57,908 nt of DNA from an uncultured Eubacteriales bacterium (lineage in GTDB: Bacteria; Bacillota; Clostridia; Oscillospirales; Acutalibacteraceae), in NCBI GenBank assembly GCA_949741605.1, contig CATJNB010000057.1, positions 1-57,908 of the forward strand, in the 5' to 3' direction. Below, piece after piece: positions 1 to 8,752 of this stretch. The notes beneath the pieces are model-generated. The model saw nothing but the letters and a program-made list of their open reading frames with translations, made no database searches and had not been told where the DNA came from. The translations under genes and the position numbers were made by a program. How positions within the stretch are numbered: the first letter of the stretch is position 1; the number at the start of each line of letters is the position of its first letter.

Positions 1-46
1 CCTCCACCTTGGCAAGGTGGCGCTCTACCAGATGAGCTACATCCGC
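1..46 (-). tRNA. tRNA-Gly(GCC), partial; the 3' part lies beyond the window edge
   Basis: nt 1-46 are identical to nt 126-171 of the complete copy. The segment contains the D arm and an anticodon arm with GCC. Confidence 0.85.
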
Positions 47-95
47 ACAAAAGACCGCGTGCGTAACAGAACCAAACATGACAGATGGTCAAACA

Positions 96-171
96 TGGAG
101 CGGATGACGAGGCTCGAACTCGCTACCTCCACCTTGGCAAGGTGGCGCTCTACCAGATGAGCTACATCCGC
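96..171 (-). tRNA. tRNA-Gly (anticodon GCC), CCA encoded
   Basis: The reverse complement folds as a full cloverleaf: GCGGATG/CATCCGC acceptor, GCTC/GAGC D stem, CCACC-TTGCCAA-GGTGG anticodon arm, GCGAG-TTCGAGC-CTCGT T arm, then T-CCA. Confidence 0.95.
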
Positions 172-396
172 AGTTTTTGGATACCATTATGGTTGCATAA
201 ACAACCGGCTGCGAGAGTTATTATACGACAAATCTCGGCTTCTGTCAAGGCATTTTCGAAAAAATTCCTTTTTCCATCCCCCACTTCCACAAAAACGAAT
301 TTTATGCTATACTTTCATTATAGAAAAGCTCCGGGAAGCAGAAGGCCGGTTCGCGGTGCTGAAACTAATTTTACAAATGCGAGGTCATGAAACAGT

Positions 397-1425
397 ATGG
401 AAATCTCCTTAAACCTTGGCGTGTGGAATTCCGTTTTTGCGGTGCCCAGCGCGCTTGTGGACCAACATCTCAAATTGGCCGCCGGCGCACAGTTAAAGGT
501 CCTGCTTTGGGTCCTACGCCATGCGGGCAGCCCCATTGAGATTGAAGCAATCAGCGAAGCCCTGAATATGCAGGCGCCGGATGTCAAAGACGCCATAAAT
601 TACTGGGTCGAAACCGGATTGCTCTCCTGTGCTAAAGAAAGCCTTTCCCCTGCTGGCGCCACCCCACAGCCACCCATGGCCTCCCCGGAACCAGTGGATG
701 ATCCACCCCCTCCCAAGGAACCGGAGCCACCTGCCATCGAACCCGCTCCCATTACGGTATCACCCCCGCGTCCGGCCGGGGTATTCCTTGCGGAACGCAT
801 TCAGGAATCCGAGGAAATCGCCTTTTTAATGCAGGAAGCCCAGAGGATTTTAGGGCGCGCCATCTCCCCGGCTTTGAGCAGTATTCTATTGTCAGCGTGC
901 GACGATTATGGCTTGTCGGTTGATGTGGTCATTATGTTGCTCGCTTATGTGAAAAGCATCGGGAAAAGCAGTTCCAATTATATCGAATCCATTGTGAAAA
1001 ACTGGTCTGCCGAAGGGATCACTTCCCACGAAAAAGCACAAGAAAAATTATGCCAGCTGTCTGAACTTGCCAAGGCATGGCGCAGTGTGGAAAACGTGTT
1101 CGGCATTGACCACCGTACCCCCAGTATGCGCGAAGAACAGTTTGCAGGCCGCTGGATCTGCGAGTGGAAATTCTCCCCCCAGATGCTCCGCGAAGCCTAT
1201 GACCGGTGTGTGGATTCCATCGGTAAAATGGAACTTAACTACATTAACCGGATTCTGGAACGCTGGCAGAAAGACGGCATTACCACCCCACAGCAAGCAT
1301 TTTGGGAAAAAAGTGAAAAAGAGGCGCAACGGAAAGCCGAAAGCGGCTCCAAACGTACTTATGATATGGATGCCTATGAAAATTTTGATTTTCTGGAAGC
1401 AGAATTTCCGGGCAGCGAAACCTAA
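397..1425 (+). CDS. DnaD-domain replication protein (replisome organizer / primosome component)
   Basis: 342-aa ORF with an N-terminal wHTH-like region, a Pro-rich linker and C-terminal DnaD-type repeats (YIESIVKNWSAEGITS, YINRILERWQKDGITT). It is followed 22 nt later by a helicase-loader gene. Confidence 0.8.
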   Translation: MEISLNLGVWNSVFAVPSALVDQHLKLAAGAQLKVLLWVLRHAGSPIEIEAISEALNMQAPDVKDAINYWVETGLLSCAKESLSPAGATPQPPMASPEPVDDPPPPKEPEPPAIEPAPITVSPPRPAGVFLAERIQESEEIAFLMQEAQRILGRAISPALSSILLSACDDYGLSVDVVIMLLAYVKSIGKSSSNYIESIVKNWSAEGITSHEKAQEKLCQLSELAKAWRSVENVFGIDHRTPSMREEQFAGRWICEWKFSPQMLREAYDRCVDSIGKMELNYINRILERWQKDGITTPQQAFWEKSEKEAQRKAESGSKRTYDMDAYENFDFLEAEFPGSET

Positions 1426-1447
1426 ACGCAGGTAAGGAGAAAACTGG

Positions 1448-2470
1448 ATGGGATACAGCAAAGACATCTACGAGCAAGCTATGAAAACCCTCAGCGAACG
1501 CCGCACCGAGGAAACCCTCCGTTGTGACGAGCGCAAACAGGCATTTTTCGGGCAATACCCCCGTGCCAGAGAGATCGAAAACGAACTGACCTCTACGGCA
1601 ATCACCGCAGCGAAAGCAGTGCTGCATGGGCGTAACACAAAGGAAGCCTTAACAAAATTAAGGGAAAATAACAAAGCGCTTCAAAAGGAACTGCAAACCC
1701 TTTTGTCCGAAGCTGGACTTCCGCAGGATTATCTGGAACCGCATTACCAGTGTTCAAAATGCCGGGACGAGGGCTTTGTTGACGGGAAAATGTGTGGATG
1801 CCTGAAAGTGTTAATGCGTACCGAGGCATGCCGCAAACTCAACCAGCAGACCCCACTGTCCCTGTCAACCTTTGAAAGCTTTGACCTCAAATATTATTCT
1901 GATACCCCAGAAAACGGACAAAAAAACTCCCCGCGCCAGCATATGGAGCAGGTGTTCCAATACTGTAAAAATTATGCGGAAAATTTTTCCATGCAGTCGC
2001 CAAGCCTGCTGTTCCGGGGAGGTACCGGCCTGAGTAAGACCCATCTGTCTTTGGCGGTCGCCAATGTTGTGATCCAAAAAGGGTATGGAGTGGTCTACGA
2101 TTCCGTACACAATATCATGGGGACACTGGAACGCGAACGCTTTGGAAAGGAAACAGCACCAGACGATACCAGTCGCCTGCTCATGGAATGTGACCTGTTG
2201 ATCCTTGATGACCTCGGCACCGAATTTTCCACCTCCTTTGTGACCGCCTCCATCTACAACCTGATTAACACCCGTCTGATGGCACACCGTCCGACGATTA
2301 TCAGCACCAACCTGACTCTGCCTGAACTGGAAAAACGTTATACCGAACGTTTTGTTTCCCGGATTATTGGCCATTATGTACGCCTGCCGTTCTATGGGCG
2401 GGATGTCCGCCAGCAAAAGGCGGCAGAACGTTACTATCACAAAGCACGCCCAGACGAAACCAACCCATAA
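1448..2470 (+). CDS. DnaC/DnaI-like helicase-loader AAA+ ATPase
   Basis: AAGGAG RBS. Walker A-like GGTGLSKTHL and Walker B LLILDDLGTE are present, plus an N-terminal Cys pair region (CSKCRDEGF..CGC). Confidence 0.85.
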   Translation: MGYSKDIYEQAMKTLSERRTEETLRCDERKQAFFGQYPRAREIENELTSTAITAAKAVLHGRNTKEALTKLRENNKALQKELQTLLSEAGLPQDYLEPHYQCSKCRDEGFVDGKMCGCLKVLMRTEACRKLNQQTPLSLSTFESFDLKYYSDTPENGQKNSPRQHMEQVFQYCKNYAENFSMQSPSLLFRGGTGLSKTHLSLAVANVVIQKGYGVVYDSVHNIMGTLERERFGKETAPDDTSRLLMECDLLILDDLGTEFSTSFVTASIYNLINTRLMAHRPTIISTNLTLPELEKRYTERFVSRIIGHYVRLPFYGRDVRQQKAAERYYHKARPDETNP

Positions 2471-2475
2471 AAACA

Positions 2476-2510
2476 AAAACGCATCCGATACTTTACCGGA
2501 TGCGTTTTTT
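2476..2510. terminator. Bidirectional rho-independent terminator between convergent genes
   Basis: Perfect 12-bp arms aaaacgcatccg / cggatgcgtttt with a 9-nt loop. An A-run lies on the left and a T-run on the right. Confidence 0.75.
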
Positions 2511-2519
2511 CCTGTCTGA

Positions 2520-3617
2520 TTAAAATTTACGTGCCGCATAAGCCTCGATGGTTTTTTGATAGTAAATCTCCATCGCGTCCACATTCTTTTGAAAATCATA
2601 GAGCCGCAGGGCACGTTCCCGGCCAGCTGCACCCATTTGATGCCGCAAATCCGGGTTATTGGCGAGTTCCAGCATCCGCTTGGCCATGGCCTGCGGATCT
2701 TTGGTTGGCACCAGAAAACCAGTCACATCATGCTCCACTGTTTCCAGAAAACCGTCAACATCCGAGGCAATGACCGGTACTCCACAAGCCATGGCCTCGA
2801 CCGCCGCCACCCCAAAACTTTCCGAGAGGCTCGGCAGGCAAACGACATCCATCTGGTTGAGGATCGCAGGGACTTCCGTGTTCGGCACCACCCCAGCTAA
2901 TTTGGCTTTTGCACTCAGACCAAGCGAATCAATTTGGCGCTGTAATTCTTCCTTCTGTTCCCCTTTGCCGTAAATCACCAGCGAAGTTTTCGTTTCCTCC
3001 CCGATCATCTGATCGAACAAGGCAAACGCCTCAATGAGATATTCCATCCCATACGTGGGCTCCAATGCTTTGACCGCACCAATCCGAAATTCTTCCCGGC
3101 TTTCCAGGGAAGCCGCCGGCGCAAATAGCCCGCAGTCTACACCAAAAGGGGTAATAAAGATTTCCTTCTGAAATCCAAACACCCGGTTGACCTGCTTTGC
3201 CATGACATGGCTCGTAGAAGCGAGTGCATCGGCTTTTTGCAGGTTTTTGAGAACCATTTTTTTATGGATGGGGCTTTTGAGCGGGAATTCATACACATCG
3301 CTGCCCCATACGGATAACAAGAGGGGATGCAGTTTGGCAAGCCGTACCAGTGTCCCGTAACCACTCGCATAGTGGCAGTTTACAACATCAGGACTAAAGG
3401 CGTCCACCTGCTGTTTGAGTTCTTTGGCATTGAGGAAATACCCCTGAAAACCACCGGTTTTGAGATAGATGACCGTAACCTCCGGGTCGATATTCTGCTG
3501 GATATTTTTATGGTTTGGCAAGGAATACAGCCGTACCGTATGCCCGCGTCTTGCCAGGGCATTGACCCATTTGACTGTGTGTACCGAGCCTGCCGCCGAC
3601 ACAAATGCAATTTTCAT
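2520..3617 (-). CDS. Glycosyltransferase family 4 (GT-B)
   Basis: 365 aa with an AAGGAG RBS. The C-terminal half has the typical GT4 motif (LPSLSESFGVAAVEAMACGVPVIASDVDG..E). Confidence 0.9.
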   Translation of the reverse strand: MKIAFVSAAGSVHTVKWVNALARRGHTVRLYSLPNHKNIQQNIDPEVTVIYLKTGGFQGYFLNAKELKQQVDAFSPDVVNCHYASGYGTLVRLAKLHPLLLSVWGSDVYEFPLKSPIHKKMVLKNLQKADALASTSHVMAKQVNRVFGFQKEIFITPFGVDCGLFAPAASLESREEFRIGAVKALEPTYGMEYLIEAFALFDQMIGEETKTSLVIYGKGEQKEELQRQIDSLGLSAKAKLAGVVPNTEVPAILNQMDVVCLPSLSESFGVAAVEAMACGVPVIASDVDGFLETVEHDVTGFLVPTKDPQAMAKRMLELANNPDLRHQMGAAGRERALRLYDFQKNVDAMEIYYQKTIEAYAARKF

Positions 3618-3629
3618 AACACCGTCTCC

Positions 3630-4697
3630 TTACCTGCTTAAATCATCTATCACCGTTTGTGCGCGGTCGATCCAGCGGTTTCCATGATCCACCGCCTCAT
3701 ACACACTACTGCAATAGCTCGCATAAACCTGCGAATCCCCTAAAATCTCCCGTACCTTGTCCGCAAAATCCTGCGGGTCATCGCGGCATGTAAGGCCAAT
3801 CCGGTTTTTCCGAACAAATTGCCCCACTTCCACTGTATCTACCGAAACGACTGGTAATCCAAATTCCATGTATTCCGTCAGTTTCACCGAAAAGGCAAAA
3901 TCATTATACTCATTTTTCTCCACTGGACGGAGCGCTAAATTGGCTTCCTGATATAATTGTTTGAGGTTATCTTTCCCTGACACATGCAGCATTGTCAGCC
4001 AGGGACGTCCTTTATATTGCTCGATATACCCCGCTTCGCTTTCCCGACACACGAGCGTCAGGGGATATTCCACCTGACCTTCCGGGTTGAGCAAATCAAA
4101 CGCCTTTAGCATGGTATCGCTGCCATATGCCCGGGAAATCCCGCCAACATAAATGCTTTTACGCTGGTTTTCCTGCCCGCGTTTATCTCCAAGGTTCCCC
4201 ACACAGGCCGGCGGCAGCGGGGCAGTGTTTGGAAAGTCAAATTGTGCCGCCATGGTTTCGGTCGGAAAATACATCAGGTCGGTATATTTTTTTAGAAATT
4301 TCAAATCGCGGTTCGAGAGGTACGCAATTACTTTTTCCCGCAACGTCTTATTATTCTGCCCAAAAAGATGCGCGTATTTAAAATAGGCATCGCGGTAAAA
4401 GTAACCGATCCGTACCCCCATATTATGGACCCGTTTGAGGAGTTTATGATCGCAAGACTGGAAAATAGGTCCTGACGGGCTTTCCACATAACAGAAATCC
4501 GGGCGGTTATGATCGAGCCACTGGTTGATTTCTGCCACAGCCCTTTGGCGTTCTTCTTTTTTATTCTGCTGGGTCTTTAGGAGCTTGACCTGCATCCCCA
4601 GCTTCAAAAAAGCATCGTACATCATCTGCGGGCGTACCGAGGAACCAGATTTGAATTCCCCAAAGTCAATATAGGTGATATATAGTATCGTACTCAC
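3630..4697 (-). CDS. Putative glycosyltransferase (GT-B/GT4-like)
   Basis: I moved the start to the GTG at 4697. An AAGGAGG lies 7 nt upstream and the GTG overlaps the upstream stop (GTGA). The ORF-track start at 4769 would overlap the upstream gene by 76 nt. Confidence 0.65.
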   Translation of the reverse strand: MSTILYITYIDFGEFKSGSSVRPQMMYDAFLKLGMQVKLLKTQQNKKEERQRAVAEINQWLDHNRPDFCYVESPSGPIFQSCDHKLLKRVHNMGVRIGYFYRDAYFKYAHLFGQNNKTLREKVIAYLSNRDLKFLKKYTDLMYFPTETMAAQFDFPNTAPLPPACVGNLGDKRGQENQRKSIYVGGISRAYGSDTMLKAFDLLNPEGQVEYPLTLVCRESEAGYIEQYKGRPWLTMLHVSGKDNLKQLYQEANLALRPVEKNEYNDFAFSVKLTEYMEFGLPVVSVDTVEVGQFVRKNRIGLTCRDDPQDFADKVREILGDSQVYASYCSSVYEAVDHGNRWIDRAQTVIDDLSR

Positions 4698-6106
4698 GCC
4701 GATTCCTCCTTGGATGATTTTTGCTTCTGTTTCCGACCGGAAATGCGTGGCCCAAGATATTTCCTCCACACCTTCGGGAACAAATTCACGGCAATGGTCA
4801 ACGCAATAACCAAAATAAACTGGAAGTTATAGATAAAGTCGGTAAATCCTGTTTGGGTATTATGTGCAAAACTGTTGGTCAAAAACGCAAATACCGCAAT
4901 ATTAAAGGGGTTTTTTTGCAGCCTCAGGAACACAAACACAAACATCGCGATAAACGCCGCCACATACAAAATCGAAAACACCATACCAATATAACCAAAA
5001 TTGGCATAAGCTTCGCCGATCCAAAGGGTATTCATGACACCGCCAGTGCCCTCATACACCTTTTCCGACCCATAGAAATCCATGACGGCTTTCGCGGAAC
5101 GTACTGGCGAGCCTTCGATCCCTAGAATTTTCATCGCTGTCGGGGAAATACTCCGCCCGCTCAAAAATGGCAGGATATCCGGGAACAAATCAAAATGCAG
5201 GATCATGGTACCAACTTGGGTAAAGACAGTACGCCCAATCGGGCCGTTGTAAATATCAATGCCGCCAGAGAAGTCAAAGCCGCTCTTGCCATAAATGAAC
5301 ACCATATACAGCACGATTACCCCAATAAATCCCCAGATCAGCAGTTTGGGCAAACGTCCGCGGATATAAAGGATCACAAGCAGCAATACAAACAGGTAAA
5401 AAATTACAGGGGATTTTTCAAAGTTACTGGTCAGCCCCAAAACCGAACTGCCAATCAAAACCACAGCCGCAATCCACCAGCGCAGGCTCTTTTTCAGTGC
5501 CCAAGCATATGCGAATGCCACATAGGAAAGCAGTGGCAACCCCAGATGCAACGCAAGGTTTGTGATGCGTTCGCCTAGCGGTGCAACACTCGTAATCAAC
5601 TGGCGTTCAATGGCCATATCAAACCCGGAAGGTGTACGCAGCAGGCGCATAATAGGGAAATAATGCACCTTGCGGTAAATAGCGATCATATACAATAGCA
5701 GAAATCCCACACACAAAAACCCGATCACCGCAACTGCCCAGAAAATTTTCTTCTCAAAGCGCACATTCGTTGCTTTTTGCAGATACCCCGCATATGCCTC
5801 TTTCATGTTAAAACGAAGCAGCCGGTAAATCACGCAGATCGTCAGCGGGAACAGGATGGCCGTAGCCAGGGTACTGTAAAACATGATATCGAAACTCGCT
5901 TCATGCAGCACATATTTCATGGTATAATGGTTTCGGTCGCCAAGGTACACCATCGACGCGCCGATCATGCTCTGCGCCAAAAAGAGATACATAATATAAG
6001 AAATCACATTGATTTTGCCGATATCAATGGTAGAGGCAGCCCTGCGGAACAGAAAAACCGACACGGCAATCCCCACCACGACCAAAATAATTTTTAGCAC
6101 AATCAT
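4694..6106 (-). CDS. Wzy-like oligosaccharide repeat-unit polymerase (multi-pass membrane protein)
   Basis: 470 aa, more than 10 hydrophobic segments and a basic C-terminal tail. It sits between glycosyltransferases and a flippase. Confidence 0.6.
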   Translation of the reverse strand: MIVLKIILVVVGIAVSVFLFRRAASTIDIGKINVISYIMYLFLAQSMIGASMVYLGDRNHYTMKYVLHEASFDIMFYSTLATAILFPLTICVIYRLLRFNMKEAYAGYLQKATNVRFEKKIFWAVAVIGFLCVGFLLLYMIAIYRKVHYFPIMRLLRTPSGFDMAIERQLITSVAPLGERITNLALHLGLPLLSYVAFAYAWALKKSLRWWIAAVVLIGSSVLGLTSNFEKSPVIFYLFVLLLVILYIRGRLPKLLIWGFIGVIVLYMVFIYGKSGFDFSGGIDIYNGPIGRTVFTQVGTMILHFDLFPDILPFLSGRSISPTAMKILGIEGSPVRSAKAVMDFYGSEKVYEGTGGVMNTLWIGEAYANFGYIGMVFSILYVAAFIAMFVFVFLRLQKNPFNIAVFAFLTNSFAHNTQTGFTDFIYNFQFILVIALTIAVNLFPKVWRKYLGPRISGRKQKQKSSKEESA

Positions 6107-6118
6107 ACTGCTTCCCCT

Positions 6119-8740
6119 CTACGATCCCGATGCCTGAGAGGCATTATACTGTTTATTGATGATATATTCCTGGGTCACATTGTCGCCTGTGCGGAACTTG
6201 TTCACCATAAAATCAATCTTGCTCCGGTCAAAATCCTCATCCAGATAGATGCCGCAGAAACGGTGGTTTTTCGACAAATCTTCCAGCACCGACAAATCCT
6301 GAATCTGTGTTTGCTGGATGTTAATGGACATCAGACCCTCTGCCCCTTTGAGGTCATCCAGCGTAGAGAGGCGCAGGTTGCCATTGATACTCAAATATTC
6401 CACCTGCGGATAATCCCGCAGGAAGGCAAGGTCAGAAAGCAGATTGTTGGAAAGCGTCAAGCGCGACAGATCCGGCAGTGTCCCAAGGGAGGTAATGTTA
6501 GAAATGGTATTGCGCTGAAGGTTATATTCTGTGATCTTGGGCGTATTCTGGAGCGGCGAAAGCTCTGTGATATCATTCGAAGCAAGATACAAAATCGTCA
6601 GTTCAGGCAGGTTGGAGAAAATGCTCACATCCGTAATCTGGTTATTGGCAAGGTTCAAATCGCGCAAGTTTTGCAGTTTCTGGATATCCGCCGAAATGCC
6701 CGGCTGTCCGACTGGCGCATTAATAATCGCATTATTGCCAAGATTCAATTCCTCGATGAACTCCAACTCATACAGCGGGGTCACGTCCTGAATCTTATTG
6801 CCCGAGAGATTCACATAAGTCAGGCTCGCACAATTGGCCAGCGCACTGATATCTTTAATCTGGTTGCTGTTTAAATCCAGTGTACGCAACGCCCTCATGT
6901 TTTCCAGCGCAGAAATATCCCGTACCTTGACCCCGGAAATCTGTAAATTTTCCATATTCACACAGCCGCGCAAATCCTCAAGGCTCTTAATTTCCAAGTA
7001 CCCATCCCCCATGATGACCATACGCGTCACGGTTTCGAGGTCGCGGTCGTAGATGGTCGCACCATACGGCTTGCCAATAATATCATACAGTTCCTTTTCC
7101 AGATTTTTGTCTTGGAACGTAACCGGCTTGGCATCGCCATAGTCCACGCCAGCGGTCAGACTCGCCCGCCGGATATTATTCCCAATCAAAATCCCAAGGA
7201 TAATCAGGGTGATCACCAGTACCCCAAAAATAATCATAAACGGACGGTTTGCCGTTAAGGTTTTCAAGGCGGAGCGCACCCCTTTTTTCCTTACGGGCAT
7301 TCTGCCCGGCGTACGTTTTTCCTGACGTTTTGATGAACCCATTGCATCGTCTCCTTTCCTGTCCTGCAAAAGCTCGGCATCACTTCTATGCCCCCAGTCT
7401 GCATCTTCTTCCCCACTTGAGAGATCGTCCTTATGTTTACCGGCATTGCGTACAATGTTCTGGCAAAACTGGTAAAAGACCAGATAAGCACCTGCCATCA
7501 TGAGCGAGGAAATGAGCAGATACCATTTGAACGACAGCCCGTCCCAAGCAACCGCCACAATGGATGGCAGTAAAACTGTGCCGAGCAAACCGCATTGCCA
7601 AATGAGCGTGGCTTTTTGTTTGCCAAGGGCAATGGCACTGGAGGTCAGCGGAACCACGACAAACCGTACGGCAAACAACGGAATCACCAGCTTGAGGATC
7701 ATTCCAGTGCCCGTCCAGTTTGAACCAAGGAAAAGCCTGAGCAGCGGTTCGCCAAACACAAACAAAATGGCAAACGGGACAATCCCGATAATGGCCAGCC
7801 ATTTGGCGACATTCGCGAAGGTTTTGTCGAGGTTGTTTTTATTCTCTTTATCCATAGACGCCTGCTTGAGAAAGACCTGTGACACCGAGTTGGAAATCAT
7901 GGTCAATGGCAGCCCGAGGATGCGGTTGACCATCCCGTACAAACCCGTTTCCCCAACGCTGTACGCCGCCGAAATGGTCAGGGGAGTGATGTTCAGGGTC
8001 AGGCTGTTTGCCAAACCGCTTGGCAGCATATATTTGGGATAACGCGAATTTTTTTTCGCCATCTCCCACAAAAATTTCACCCGGAACATACTCCGGTGGA
8101 TGCGTCCACGCAAGGTCATAAACATACGCAGGTTGCCAAAGAAATTTGAGAACAGCTGCCCTAAAATCAGCCCCCAGAACACATAATCCTGCCAGCCAAT
8201 GGCAATAAACAAATAATAAAGCCCAATCTGGATAGCAATGGATGCCACAGCTTTAATAATGGTCGCGCTGGAAATGGTTTTATATTTCTCATGGCGCACA
8301 TTAAAATAATTGACCGCAGTGGTTGTCCCACAGATCAGGGTCGTGAATGGCACTGCCCATAAGGATGCCTGTTCTGCCGGGCTTGTGAGGTTGAGCATCC
8401 CGCCGATCTGTGGGATAAACGGCCACATCACGATTGCCATGAGCAGCGAGAACCCCACCGCTAAAAGGCAGCTTAACAGGAAGGAACCACCGGCTTCCTC
8501 ATCATCGTCCGCAACGACGATTGCGTAGTCATAACGGAAACAGGCAATCTGCTGGGTGATATTGATAATCGACACATAAATCGTATAAATACCCATGGCA
8601 TGGTCGTTGTAAAGACGTCCAAGCAGGGGCGTAAACAGCACTGGAAGCGCCTGTGCAATGAGAGTCCCGCCAGACAGCACCGCCACATTTTTTAAAAAGC
8701 GGTTCTTCATAAGGCCCGAAAGCTTTGATCGAAAACCCAT
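6119..8740 (-). CDS. Wzx-type polysaccharide flippase fused to a TM anchor and an internalin-like LRR domain
   Basis: 873-aa continuous ORF. Residues 1-~440 are a polysaccharide-biosynthesis/flippase fold, followed by a charged linker, one TM (PFMIIFGVLVITLIILGILIG) and ~11 LRRs of 22 aa. Confidence 0.8.
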   Translation of the reverse strand: MGFRSKLSGLMKNRFLKNVAVLSGGTLIAQALPVLFTPLLGRLYNDHAMGIYTIYVSIINITQQIACFRYDYAIVVADDDEEAGGSFLLSCLLAVGFSLLMAIVMWPFIPQIGGMLNLTSPAEQASLWAVPFTTLICGTTTAVNYFNVRHEKYKTISSATIIKAVASIAIQIGLYYLFIAIGWQDYVFWGLILGQLFSNFFGNLRMFMTLRGRIHRSMFRVKFLWEMAKKNSRYPKYMLPSGLANSLTLNITPLTISAAYSVGETGLYGMVNRILGLPLTMISNSVSQVFLKQASMDKENKNNLDKTFANVAKWLAIIGIVPFAILFVFGEPLLRLFLGSNWTGTGMILKLVIPLFAVRFVVVPLTSSAIALGKQKATLIWQCGLLGTVLLPSIVAVAWDGLSFKWYLLISSLMMAGAYLVFYQFCQNIVRNAGKHKDDLSSGEEDADWGHRSDAELLQDRKGDDAMGSSKRQEKRTPGRMPVRKKGVRSALKTLTANRPFMIIFGVLVITLIILGILIGNNIRRASLTAGVDYGDAKPVTFQDKNLEKELYDIIGKPYGATIYDRDLETVTRMVIMGDGYLEIKSLEDLRGCVNMENLQISGVKVRDISALENMRALRTLDLNSNQIKDISALANCASLTYVNLSGNKIQDVTPLYELEFIEELNLGNNAIINAPVGQPGISADIQKLQNLRDLNLANNQITDVSIFSNLPELTILYLASNDITELSPLQNTPKITEYNLQRNTISNITSLGTLPDLSRLTLSNNLLSDLAFLRDYPQVEYLSINGNLRLSTLDDLKGAEGLMSINIQQTQIQDLSVLEDLSKNHRFCGIYLDEDFDRSKIDFMVNKFRTGDNVTQEYIINKQYNASQASGS
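6239..6991 (-). repeat. Coding tandem repeats: ~11 leucine-rich repeats of 22 aa (66 nt)
   Basis: Repeated pattern LxxLxxLxLxxNxIxDISxL, e.g. LRTLDLNSNQIKDISALANCASLTYVNLSGNKIQDVTPL. Confidence 0.85.
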
Positions 8741-8752
8741 GCTCTCCCCACC

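Noticed and set aside
85-390. 101-aa plus-strand ORF
   Set aside because: It overlaps the complete tRNA-Gly gene (96-171) and promoter-like AT-rich sequence, has no RBS, and has a low-complexity translation.
1865-2632. 255-aa minus-strand ORF
   Set aside because: It is antisense to the DnaC-like gene and spans a strong bidirectional terminator, so it is a shadow ORF.
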